Origin: an uncultured Gemmatimonadales bacterium
GTDB taxonomy: Bacteria > Gemmatimonadota > Gemmatimonadetes > Gemmatimonadales > GWC2-71-9
DNA: 64,000 bases
Direction of reading: 5' to 3'
Assembly: GCA_963748815.1 (NCBI GenBank)
Contig: CAVVKJ010000010.1
Span: 832,001-896,000, forward strand
Every line of letters begins with the position of its first letter. The stretch's first letter is position 1. The notes below the pieces were generated by a model. The model was given only the letters and a program-made list of their open reading frames with translations, did not search any database and was not told where the DNA came from. Shown here one piece after another: positions 1 through 8,975 of this stretch. The position numbers and the translations under genes were made by a program.

Positions 1-1198
1 CATCTCGCGGCAGCTCGGGAACCTCGCACGCGCCGATTCCCTGCTGACCTTGTCCCTCGACCTCCGGCGCGCCCGACTCGGCGCGGCCCACCCCGACGTG
101 GCGGAAGGGCTGGTGGCCCTCGGCGGCCTGCGCGCCGAACAGGCGCAGTACGAGGAAGCGGAGCGGATGATCCGGGAAGGCCTCGCGATCGATCGGCATG
201 CGCTCGGCGACAACCATCCCGCGGTGCAGCGGGCGCTCTCGGCGCTCGGCCAGGTGCTGCAGGACCGCGGCGAGTACGACGAGGCCATCGCGGTCCAGTC
301 CGAAGTGGTGCGGGCGACCGCAGGAAGCGACACCCCGGAGCTGGCCGCCGCGATGAGCCAGCTGGCGAGCACCCACTTCTACGCCGGCCACTACGACACC
401 GCCGACTCCCTCAACACCCTCGTCCTCGCCATGAGCCGCCGGCTCTACGGCGACCAGCACCCCATGGTGGCCGAAGACCTGATCAATCTCGGCGCCACCC
501 AGCTCGAGCGGGGGGAGTACGCGGCGGCCGAGGCGTATGACCGCGAGGCGCTGGCGATGACCCGCGCCTGGTACGGCGAGGAACACCCGAAGACCGCCGC
601 CGGACTTACCCTCCTCGCGCGGGCCCTCGTCTACCAGAAACGCAACGACGAAGCCACGGCGCTCCTCCAGGAAGCGCTCACCATCCGGCAGAGGGTGTAT
701 GGGCCGATGCATCCGACGGTGGCGTCGACCACGAACGAGCTGGGCAACATCGCCGTGTCGGAGAACCGCTACGACGAGGCGATCGCGTACTTCAGCCAGA
801 TGGTGGAGATCTACCGCACGGCGTACGGCGGGAAGCACTACCTGATCGGCGTCGCGCTCTCCAACCTGGCGAGCGCCTATACCGGCGCGCGGGAATATGC
901 GAAGGCGGAGCCGCTCTTCCGTGAGGCGATTGCGATGTACGAGGCGACCCTGCCGCCCGAACACACGACCACCGCCATCGCGCATATCAAGCTGGGACGA
1001 ACGCTGCTGCGTCAGCGGCGCTTCGCCGAGGCGGAGCCGGAGACGCTGGCGGGGTATACCGTCATCCAACCGACGGCCGCGCCGGGGAACGGCTTTCTCC
1101 GGGCCGCGCGCATCGACCTGTCGGCGATTTACGACACGCTGGGTCAGCCGGCCAAGGCGGCGAGGTTCAAGGCGGAGTTGGCGGATACGGGGAAGTAG
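1..1198 (+). CDS. TPR-repeat protein, C-terminal part (5' end outside the window; probably a Ser/Thr kinase-TPR protein)
   Basis: Repeated kinesin-light-chain-type TPR units ('LGxxHPxVAxxLxxLG', 'YGEEHPKTAAGLTLLA', 'YGPMHPTVASTTNELG'); the frame is open from the window edge. Confidence 0.85.
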   Translation, partial: ISRQLGNLARADSLLTLSLDLRRARLGAAHPDVAEGLVALGGLRAEQAQYEEAERMIREGLAIDRHALGDNHPAVQRALSALGQVLQDRGEYDEAIAVQSEVVRATAGSDTPELAAAMSQLASTHFYAGHYDTADSLNTLVLAMSRRLYGDQHPMVAEDLINLGATQLERGEYAAAEAYDREALAMTRAWYGEEHPKTAAGLTLLARALVYQKRNDEATALLQEALTIRQRVYGPMHPTVASTTNELGNIAVSENRYDEAIAYFSQMVEIYRTAYGGKHYLIGVALSNLASAYTGAREYAKAEPLFREAIAMYEATLPPEHTTTAIAHIKLGRTLLRQRRFAEAEPETLAGYTVIQPTAAPGNGFLRAARIDLSAIYDTLGQPAKAARFKAELADTGK

Positions 1199-1203
1199 GA
1201 GAG

Positions 1204-1252
1204 GCAGCGGGGCAGCGGGGCAGCGGGGAAGCGGGGAAGCGGGGAAGCGGGG
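1204..1252 (+). repeat. Tandem 8-mer repeat (GCGGGGCA/GCGGGGAA)n
   Basis: Directly visible, about 6 units just after the stop codon at 1198. Confidence 0.9.
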
Positions 1253-1268
1253 CGGAAGGTCGATGATT

Positions 1269-1335
1269 TGTCACCCCCGCGAAAGCGGGGGTCCAGCGGT
1301 GTATCGGCCTGGATTCCCGCTTGCGCGGGAATGAC
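1269..1335. repeat. REP-like inverted pair, family A (TGTCAYYCCSGCGAAAGCSGGRRTCCA ... TGGATYCCSGCTTKCGCSGGRATGAC)
   Basis: Two GC hairpins (GAAA and TTGC loops) in inverted arrangement; the same motif recurs near 17641, 25394, 28243, 35505 and 45450. Confidence 0.85.
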
Positions 1336-1360
1336 GAATTCCAGTCCCCTGTCCCCCCTG

Positions 1361-1900
1361 CTATCCGCCAGCCGGGTAATTGCACCCGTCCGGCGCCTGG
1401 GGCACCTGTTTCAGGAAATCGTACACCGTGCCGTTCCACCGCCATAGGGGGAAGCAGAACCCAGGTCCGCCGATCAACAGGTCGGGATAGCCGAGGTTGG
1501 AGGTGGACTGCGGTTCGGCGGAGGCGGCGGGGAAGCCGAGGTTGGGCTGGTAGGTGCCGGCCGAGTCTTTGATGAAGAGCACCGCGGAACTCCCGGCCAT
1601 GCCGGAGGTGCAGCTGTTGCCGGCAATCACCAGCACTTCCGGCTCACCGTCGCCGTTCCAATCCGAGAAGCTCACCTCCGCGCCCGCGGGCTGGCCGCAG
1701 GACTGATCCACGAACCCCTTCCCCGTCGAATCCACCGCGAGCCAGGTCGCCTCGAAGACCAACTGCCGCTCTGCGGCCGACAGCCCTCCATTCCCCTTGG
1801 CGAAGAGGAGCGCCGGACCGGGCGGGTCAGGCGGCTCCTGCGCCGCGCAGGCAGGGGAGAGGAGAGAAACGAGGAGTGAAGCGGTAGTTGCAATGCGCAT
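1361..1900 (-). CDS. Secreted hypothetical protein with an FG-GAP-like Ca-binding motif
   Basis: N-terminal signal peptide, 'DWNGDGEPEVL' motif, several Cys. Confidence 0.65.
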   Translation of the reverse strand: MRIATTASLLVSLLSPACAAQEPPDPPGPALLFAKGNGGLSAAERQLVFEATWLAVDSTGKGFVDQSCGQPAGAEVSFSDWNGDGEPEVLVIAGNSCTSGMAGSSAVLFIKDSAGTYQPNLGFPAASAEPQSTSNLGYPDLLIGGPGFCFPLWRWNGTVYDFLKQVPQAPDGCNYPAGG

Positions 1901-1931
1901 GTGTCTCGCCTCCGTCCGGGGAACTCGCGTT

Positions 1932-1976
1932 CACCTCACCCCCTGTCCCCCTCTCCAGCATCTGGAGAGGGGGGAC
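1932..1976. repeat. Palindromic repeat family B (CACCTCACCCCCTGTCCCCCTCTCC-loop-GGAGAGGGGG)
   Basis: Hairpin CCCCCTCTCCAG/CTGGAGAGGGGG; other copies at 2869, 17624 and 37744-37872. Confidence 0.85.
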
Positions 1977-2032
1977 GAAGGGTACGCCTATTGTTGCGCG
2001 GAACGGAGCCGGAAACCGTCACCTGCCCCCTT

Positions 2033-2779
2033 TCACTTCACCGCCGCGATGAACTCCTTCAGCATCTTCCAGCCCGCCTGGTCGTACGCCTTGGCGGGGC
2101 CGTCCGGCGGCAGGCAGCCGATCCCCGGCTGCGGCGAATTGACGACCTTCATGCCCCGTGCATCGCGGGTCTCGACGTACCAGTTGCCGCCGTCCATGCA
2201 GGTGCTATCGCGCCTGCGGAGCTGGGTGACCCCGGGATTCGCCGGCGGCGGTTGGCGCGTCGCCGGGTCGCCCCGCCGCCCGCCCCCCTGCTCCGCCGCG
2301 CGGCTGGCGAGGGTAAGCGAGTCGAGCCGGACCAGCTCCGCAGCCCAGTCCACTGGGCTGTACTGTTCCGGCACGCGGCACACCCATGCCTTCCCCTCCT
2401 GGTAGCCGCGCGCCCACGAGGTACAGCCAAAGGTGCTGTCGAACTTGGCGCGATCGGCGGCCATGGCCGACTGCATCCGGCTCCACTGCGCCGCGCTGTC
2501 GGCCGCGGACGTACCACCGGCCTCGACCGGGTCATAGCGGCGGTACCAGACCAGCATCTGGCCGCTCACCTGCCCGTTGACGTCGCGGAAGACGATGGCA
2601 GGGCTGGGACCCATCAAACCGTAGTTGCCGGCAAAGCGCACCACTCGACCGGAGGAGACCGGCGTCGAGTCGGGATACGTCAGTGCCCAGGGGCTGGGGA
2701 GCGGTGCACTGGACTGGATGGCGCAGCCGGTGGTGGCCGCCAGGAGGAGGGACGCGACGGCGACGGCAGAGAGGCGCAT
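2033..2779 (-). CDS. Hypothetical lipoprotein
   Basis: Signal peptide with lipobox-like 'ATTGC'; 248-aa ORF. Confidence 0.6.
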   Translation of the reverse strand: MRLSAVAVASLLLAATTGCAIQSSAPLPSPWALTYPDSTPVSSGRVVRFAGNYGLMGPSPAIVFRDVNGQVSGQMLVWYRRYDPVEAGGTSAADSAAQWSRMQSAMAADRAKFDSTFGCTSWARGYQEGKAWVCRVPEQYSPVDWAAELVRLDSLTLASRAAEQGGGRRGDPATRQPPPANPGVTQLRRRDSTCMDGGNWYVETRDARGMKVVNSPQPGIGCLPPDGPAKAYDQAGWKMLKEFIAAVK

Positions 2780-2868
2780 GGTCAGACCTTGGTTGAGAGC
2801 GATGTCGAAAGGTAGTTCTTTGCGGCTTCACTGCCCACCCGCTCCGCCGCTTCCCAGCCCGGCCATTC

Positions 2869-2911
2869 CACCTCACCCCCTGGCCCCCTCTCCATGATAT
2901 GGAGAGGGGGA
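2869..2911. repeat. Palindromic repeat family B copy
   Basis: cacctcaccccctggccccctctccatgatatggagaggggg, about 5 bp downstream of the thermonuclease stop. Confidence 0.85.
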
Positions 2912-2915
2912 ATGC

Positions 2916-3623
2916 CTAACACAATCCCGCCCGGTGCTTGCTGGGTCGGCACTCGAATCCATCGATCGCCCAGAGGCCGCGCTGTTCCTGCTCCGCGATC
3001 GCCTCGGCGGCGCGAAACCACTCGGCATAGCTGGTGTTGGGATAGTACTCCAGCGTGACCGCCCAGCCCTGCCGCACCATCAGGAAGTTGACGGAGACAC
3101 CGTCGCGCCAGAGGTAACCGAGGAGCCGGCCGTACCGGTCGCGCGTCTCCTTGTCGGTGCTGAGCTGGAGGGTGTCCTGGAGGGAGACGAGAGCCAGGAG
3201 GCCGTCCGTGGCCATCGCGCCGAAGGGAGGCTGGTCCCGCTCCGGGGTGTCGATGCCGATCAGCCGCACCGCGCCACGGCCCTGGCACTCGAGGGTGTCG
3301 CCGTCGCGGACCTTGGTGACGATGCAGCTGCTCAGCCCGGCGAACGGGACAGGGGGACCCGAGTCGAGGAGGGGCGCCGCGAGGGCGGGACTGCAGGGGC
3401 GGCCGCCGTTGGCGCGGTAGCCGCTGTCGATGGCGGTGGTCTCGGGGAGGTACTCCCCCCGCTTGGTGGTGCCGTAGTGCTCGGTGCCGGGGCAGTGATA
3501 GACCCCGGAGCCGAGGTTGACCCAGACCGGCTTGGGCGGCGCCGAGGAAGGTGCTTGCTGCGCGCAGGCGGTGACGGCCGACCCGGTGATCGCCAGCGAA
3601 ACGAGGAGCAGCTTCAGGAGCAT
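2916..3623 (-). CDS. Secreted/lipoprotein thermonuclease (SNase family) with a small N-terminal Cys/His domain
   Basis: SNase motifs 'VRDGDTL', 'VRLIGIDTPE', 'DRYGRLLGYL', 'MVRQGWA', 'AEQEQRGLW'; start taken at the ATG of 'MLLKLLLV'. Confidence 0.9.
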   Translation of the reverse strand: MLLKLLLVSLAITGSAVTACAQQAPSSAPPKPVWVNLGSGVYHCPGTEHYGTTKRGEYLPETTAIDSGYRANGGRPCSPALAAPLLDSGPPVPFAGLSSCIVTKVRDGDTLECQGRGAVRLIGIDTPERDQPPFGAMATDGLLALVSLQDTLQLSTDKETRDRYGRLLGYLWRDGVSVNFLMVRQGWAVTLEYYPNTSYAEWFRAAEAIAEQEQRGLWAIDGFECRPSKHRAGLC

Positions 3624-3804
3624 CTCCGAAGATACAACGGATGTAGAAGGGGCAAGTCGACGTGCCGTCCCTGCCCGGAGCGGGGCACGATGGGCTCCCA
3701 CCCCGTGTGTCCTCGCGCAGCGAGTTGAAGCTTGAAGCGCCGGGCCCCCTCCCCGCGGGGGCTGGCTGGCGTGGAGTCGCCACGGCGCGCGGCCCCAATT
3801 CAGT

Positions 3805-4692
3805 TCACGGTGCGGTCACCACGAAGTAGACTCTTGGATCGGTCCCGAGGAGAAGGCTCAGTGTGGTACCGGTCGTGGTGTCCTGGGCGTGAAATGCCTT
3901 CGCAAACGGGGGTGAGGGAGACTGATTCTCAACATGGCTCCACCCCTCCGGCAGCCAATCCGTGAGCGTACCCAGCAGCTTCTTGTACCGGCCGGCCGCG
4001 GGTTTCTGATCCCTCGAGAGGAACACGAGGCATCGGACCCGCTTGGTGCCCATCACCTCACAATCGTAGGTGCCCGGCGCGTCGAGCTTCGACTCCCAGA
4101 TCGAGTCCCTTCCCGCCGTCGACTCCACCAGCCGCCCCCGAATCCCCGTGAAGTGCCAACGCGCAGCCTCTACGAACGGCGGCAGCGCCTCGGCCCAGGC
4201 ATCGCGGCTGGTGCGCACCGAGACACAGGCGTGTAGCGCCCGGACATGTTCCTCTCCTCCGAGATGCTCGGCGTCGCCCCGGACCCTGCTGCGCGAGACG
4301 AGGAGCGAGTCGATCGACGCCCGGCTCGCCATGCCTCCGTCGACGAGGAGCTGCATGGCCCAGCAGTCGGCCTCGGTTTCTGTCGCATAGGAATTCTCGG
4401 CATAGGGATGGCCGAGCGTGTGGTGTGCGCATTCGTGGAGGTAGACGAACAGCTGATCGATCTCTGGCAGACCATTCATGTTCGTCTTGTTCCACCAGAT
4501 CATCGCCTTCCCGTCTTCGTACCCGGCCATCCCGCCCCAGGACATCTTGTTGTCTGTCTTGGAAGGGATGGGGGAGCCGAGCCGATCGACGCAGGCATTG
4601 AACGGCGCCTGCGCATGGAGGGTGACCGGCGGGGTGGTGAGAATGAATACGGCTGGGAGCGCAATCAGGAGGCGGCGGTACACCGAGGGCAT
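3805..4692 (-). CDS. Secreted putative zinc metallopeptidase (HExxH)
   Basis: Signal peptide; 'YLHECAHHTLGH' followed by 'ETEADCWA', a zincin-type Zn site. Confidence 0.65.
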   Translation of the reverse strand: MPSVYRRLLIALPAVFILTTPPVTLHAQAPFNACVDRLGSPIPSKTDNKMSWGGMAGYEDGKAMIWWNKTNMNGLPEIDQLFVYLHECAHHTLGHPYAENSYATETEADCWAMQLLVDGGMASRASIDSLLVSRSRVRGDAEHLGGEEHVRALHACVSVRTSRDAWAEALPPFVEAARWHFTGIRGRLVESTAGRDSIWESKLDAPGTYDCEVMGTKRVRCLVFLSRDQKPAAGRYKKLLGTLTDWLPEGWSHVENQSPSPPFAKAFHAQDTTTGTTLSLLLGTDPRVYFVVTAP

Positions 4693-5175
4693 CGGAACTC
4701 CCGGGGCAGGCCGAAGCGGGGGTAGGCTCGGCACCATCGTGGAAAGTACGGTTCGGTCAGTGAGGTGTAAAGGACAGAGGTGACACCCGCTCTTTCTCGG
4801 CCTTGCATCCCGCGTAGTTCCCCCGATGGCATGTCCCGAGACTCCGAGGATACGTGCCCCGACGGCCAACCACGTGGATGTCTTGCCTGGACTCATGGCT
4901 TCTGGCCCTTCGAATCCTGAACCCCGTCTCGAGGACGATGATCGACGCCGGACAGCCGGCCACCGGCATTGCGCCCAGGGTGGCCACGATCGTCGCGGCC
5001 GTGCTACTCTTCATTCCGGGAGCGACTGGAGCACACAATTGAGTGGATGGTTTCGGTGTGGTAAGGGAATGGGGCAGCCCACCGCGCGCTTGCGTTGCGG
5101 GCGGTCCTCGATATCGTATGTGAAGGGGGAGGCGCCGCCTCCACGGTCCGTCACCCGCCCTCACCTGGGATCGCC

Positions 5176-6040
5176 ATGCTTGCTGCCGTAGACAGCTACC
5201 TGTCGGCTCGATCCCCATTTCAGCTCGGGATCTACTCCCTCGTCCTCCTCGCCGTCGTCGGCACGATCGACTACTCGACCGGGTACGAACTCTCCTTTTC
5301 GATCTTCTATGCCATCCCGGTCGGACTGAGCGCGTGGTACCTGGGGCGACGCTTCGGCCTGCTCTTCTCCATCCTCTCGGCGCTGGTCCTGTTCCTGGTC
5401 GACGCCGCAGCCGGCCATCCGTACATCGGCACCACCAGCCCCTACTGGAACACCGGTGTCCCCCTCGGGTTCTTCCTGATCATCACCGTGCTGCTCGACA
5501 CCCTTCACCGCGCGCTCGACGCCCTGGCCTCTCAGGCCCAGCGGGATGGGCTGACCGGCCTTCTCAACGACCGCACCTTCCGGGAACGCTGCCGCCCGGC
5601 CTTTGCCCTGGCGGCCCGGCACGGCCGGACGGTGGCGCTCGGGTACATCGACCTCGACGGGTTCAAGGGGATCAATGACCGGTCCGGGCACGCCGTGGGC
5701 GACCAGGTGCTGCGGGAAGTGGCCGCCGCGATCATGAAGCTCCTCCGCGGCACCGACTTCGCCGGCCGGCTCGGGGGCGACGAATTCGGGGTGCTGCTGG
5801 TGGAGACCACCCCCGACGGCCCCGCAGACCTTTTTCGGCCGGCTGCACGACGCCCTGAACTCGCTGGCGGCCAGGCACAGCTGGCCGCTCGGGATCAGCA
5901 TCGGCGTGGGAGTGTTCAACCCGCCCCCGACCACGCCCGACGACGGCATCAGGTACGCCGACGACCTGATGTACCGGGTCAAGCACTCGGGCAAGAACCG
6001 GGTGCTGGTCGAGGACTTTGACGGGGGGCGGGCGGGATAG
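5176..6040 (+). CDS. Membrane-anchored diguanylate cyclase (GGDEF), frameshift near 5820
   Basis: About 4 TM helices, 'DGLTGLLN', 'IDLDGFKGIND', 'GRLGGDEF'; the C-terminus 'ADDLMYRVKHSGKNRV' continues in another frame to TAG 6040. Confidence 0.9.
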
Positions 6041-6084
6041 CGGGCGACGAGGCGATCTTGGGCAGGCACCTCGGACCGACACGC

Positions 6085-6470
6085 AGGGACGCGGGAGGCA
6101 CGGAAGAGTTCCGTGTTTCCCGCGTTGCAGTTGTAGTTCCTGCCCCGCTGCCCAGCTACTGTACCCCACACCCCTGACCCCTCTCCCTCCGGGAAAAGGG
6201 TACTTCGTGTCGTTCGTGGCTTCCTGTGAGCAGTTCTCACGCGAAGCCGCGAAGCCACGAAGGGGGTCGCTGTCATTGCGAGGCCACGAAGTGGCCGAAG
6301 CAATCTCGGGTAGGCCCCCAGGGCCGACCAAGAGGGACGCGGGAAGCACGGAAAACAGCCGGAAACGCGGAAGAACTGCTTGGAGGGTGCTGACACGACC
6401 CCCCCAGACGGTTCTCCGAGCTTCCCTGACTTCCGCGTTTCCCGCGTTGCAGTTGCTGTTCCCGCCCCGC
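6085..6470. repeat. Mosaic of palindromic repeats: family D short (6085-6148) and long (6333-6470) copies, a B-like variant (~6164-6200), a GCGAAGCC-type hairpin (6201-6262) and family C (6271-6307)
   Basis: Direct repeat 'ttccgYgtttcccgcgttgcagttg' at ~6109 and ~6431; 'tgtcattgcgagg...cgaagcaatctc' at 6271, also present at 8893. Confidence 0.75.
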
Positions 6471-6530
6471 GGCCGCCCGGCCCTCTTTGCCTAGCGCACC
6501 ATCTCGGACCCGGTCATCTTTCCCCCCACA

Positions 6531-8882
6531 GTGACCGATTCCCTGCCCCCACTCGCCGCCGCACTCGCCAACCAGTACCGCATCGAGCGCGAGCTCGGCG
6601 CTGGCGGCATGGCCACGGTGTACCTGGCGCGCGACCTCAAGCACGACCGCGACGTGGCCATCAAGGTCCTCCGGCCGGAGCTCGCGGCCGCGCTCGGCGC
6701 CGAGCGATTCCTGGCCGAGGTGAAGATCACCGCCCGGCTCGACCATCCCCATATCCTGACCCTGATCGATTCCGGCGACGCCGACGGCACCCTCTACTAC
6801 GTCATGCCGTTCGTGCGAGGTGAGTCACTCCGGGCCCGCCTTACGCGGGAGCGGCAGCTCAGCCTCGACGGGGCGGTCGACATCATCTGTCAAATCGCCT
6901 CGGCGCTGGACTACGCCCACCGCCAGGGGGTCATCCACCGCGACATCAAGCCCGAGAACATCCTGCTGCACGAGGGGAATGCCTTCCTGACCGACTTCGG
7001 CATCGCCCTGGCCGTCAAGGAGGCCGGCGGCGAGCGCCTGACCGGCACCGGGCTCTCCCTCGGCACGCCGAGCTACATGAGCCCCGAGCAGGCGGCCGGG
7101 GATCGGGATCTCGACGCCCGGAGCGACGTCTACGCCCTGGGCGCGGTGACGTACGAGATGCTGGCGGGGGAGCCGCCGGTGACGGGCGCCTCGGTGCAGG
7201 CAATGATCGCCAAGCTGCTGACCGAGCGGCCGACGTCGCTCCGGGTGCTGCGGGACACCGTGCCGGCAGCGGTGGATGCGGCGGTGATGCAGGCCCTGGC
7301 CAAGGCGCCGATGGACCGGCAGGCAAGCGCGCGCGAATTTGCCGACGCCCTCTTCAGAGGAACGATTCTCACCCTCCCACCGCCGCCGCGCGCCGCTCCA
7401 GGACGCGGGAACAGGCAGGCATGGGCCATCGGCGTGCTCCTCCTCGTCGTCGCCGCCGTTTTCCTCTGGCGACGCGGGGGTGGAGCGGAGGAAAGCACCA
7501 TCCGTTCGATTGCGGTGTTGCCGCTCGACAACTACTCCGGCGATTCCACCCAGAACTACTTCGCCGAGGGGATGACGGATGAGCTGACCAGCAACCTCGC
7601 GATGATCAGCCAGCTCAGGGTGACGTCGCGCGGGTCGGCGATGCAGTTCAAGGGGAGCAATCGTCCGGCGACACCGGAGATCGCCAAGATCCTCGACGTG
7701 GACGCCATCGTCGAGGGTTCGGTGGTCCGCTCGGGCGACCGGGTGCGGATCACGGCGCAGCTGATCGACGCCCGGGCCGACAAGCACCTCTGGGCCCAGA
7801 CCTTCGAGCGCAATTCGAGTGACGTGCTGACGCTGCAGGCGGAGCTGGCGTCGGCCATTGCCAGCGCCATCAACGTGCAACTCACGTCGGGGGAGCAGTC
7901 TCGACTCTCGGCGGCACCGACGGTGAACCCCGAGGCTCACGACGCCTACCTCAAGGGGCGCTATTTCTTCAATCGGCCGACCGACGAGAACCTGCAGAAG
8001 GCCATCGCGCAGTTCAACGAGGCCATCCGGCTGAGCCCGACCTTTGCCCCGGCGTACTCGGGACTGTCGGACGCCTATGCGTGGGCCGCCTGGAACGAGG
8101 GATTCATCAGCGTCCTCGATGCGAAGCCGCTTGCCAAGGCCGCGGCAGAACAGGCGGTGCAACTCGACAGCGTGTCGGCAGAGGCGTTTACCTCGCTCGG
8201 CGTGTACAAAGCCTGGTTTGACTTCGACTGGGAAGGGAGTGAGCGAGAGCTTCGTCGAGCAATCGCACTCAATCCGAACTATGCCTTTGCGCACGACCAG
8301 CTCGGTCTGTTGCTGGCGAGCCAGGGGCGCTTCGACGAGGCGATCACCGAGGGAAATCGGGCCATCGAACTCGATCCACTCTCGGCGTCGATCCTGCTCG
8401 ATGCCGCCGCGTCGTACGGCTATGCCGGGAAGACGGCGCAGGAGATGGAGCTCATCCGGAAGGCCACAGACCTCGACCCGACCTTTTTCTATCCGCGCTT
8501 CCAGGAAGGTTACCTGGCGCTCTCCGCAGGGGACTACCCCAGGGCCATCGCGCAGTACGAGCAAGCCCGGGCCCTGGGTGCCCCGTCGTTCGTGACCGCC
8601 TATCTGGCATCCGCCTATGCCATGGCGGGCGACCGCACCCGTGCGATGGCCACCCTCGAGGAACTCAAGGGCCTTTCGCCAGGCGGCAACGTCGCCCCGT
8701 TCAACCTGGCACTGCTCTATCGGGGCCTCGGCGACCACGTGCGCGCGCTCGACTACCTCGAACAGGCCTACGCCGCCAATTCGCAGCAGGTGTTCTGGCT
8801 GAAGGTGGATCCACTCTGGGATCCGCTGCGGGAGGAGCCGCGGTTCAAGGCGCTGATGAAGAAGCTGAATTTCGGGGAGTGA
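6531..8882 (+). CDS. Ser/Thr protein kinase with TM segment, TolB-like domain and TPRs
   Basis: 'GAGGMATVY', 'VAIKV', 'HRDIKPEN', 'DFGIA', 'GTPSYMSPEQ'; 'SIAVLPLDN...YFAEGMTDEL' domain; TPRs; 'DPLWDPLREEPRF' tail. Confidence 0.95.
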   Translation: MTDSLPPLAAALANQYRIERELGAGGMATVYLARDLKHDRDVAIKVLRPELAAALGAERFLAEVKITARLDHPHILTLIDSGDADGTLYYVMPFVRGESLRARLTRERQLSLDGAVDIICQIASALDYAHRQGVIHRDIKPENILLHEGNAFLTDFGIALAVKEAGGERLTGTGLSLGTPSYMSPEQAAGDRDLDARSDVYALGAVTYEMLAGEPPVTGASVQAMIAKLLTERPTSLRVLRDTVPAAVDAAVMQALAKAPMDRQASAREFADALFRGTILTLPPPPRAAPGRGNRQAWAIGVLLLVVAAVFLWRRGGGAEESTIRSIAVLPLDNYSGDSTQNYFAEGMTDELTSNLAMISQLRVTSRGSAMQFKGSNRPATPEIAKILDVDAIVEGSVVRSGDRVRITAQLIDARADKHLWAQTFERNSSDVLTLQAELASAIASAINVQLTSGEQSRLSAAPTVNPEAHDAYLKGRYFFNRPTDENLQKAIAQFNEAIRLSPTFAPAYSGLSDAYAWAAWNEGFISVLDAKPLAKAAAEQAVQLDSVSAEAFTSLGVYKAWFDFDWEGSERELRRAIALNPNYAFAHDQLGLLLASQGRFDEAITEGNRAIELDPLSASILLDAAASYGYAGKTAQEMELIRKATDLDPTFFYPRFQEGYLALSAGDYPRAIAQYEQARALGAPSFVTAYLASAYAMAGDRTRAMATLEELKGLSPGGNVAPFNLALLYRGLGDHVRALDYLEQAYAANSQQVFWLKVDPLWDPLREEPRFKALMKKLNFGE

Positions 8883-8892
8883 GGGGGGCTTC

Positions 8893-8936
8893 TGTCATTG
8901 CGAGGAGGCCCCGGCAGGGGCCGACGAAGCAATCTC
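8893..8936. repeat. Palindromic repeat family C (TGTCATTGCGAGG...CGAAGCAATCTC)
   Basis: Matches 6271-6307; lies between convergent genes. Confidence 0.8.
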
Positions 8937-8975
8937 GATGCTGCCTCCCCGCCTCCCTGCCCCGCTTCCCCGCCA

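Noticed and set aside
2914..2920. GTTAGGC integron core motif at the thermonuclease stop
   Set aside because: Wrong orientation and position for an attC following this gene, and no partner box; likely coincidence with the TAG codon.
4757..5218. tRNA-like sequence suggested by the 'MGIEPT' translation and 'ttcgaatcc' near 4910
   Set aside because: No cloverleaf could be built, and the first signal lies within the GGDEF coding region.
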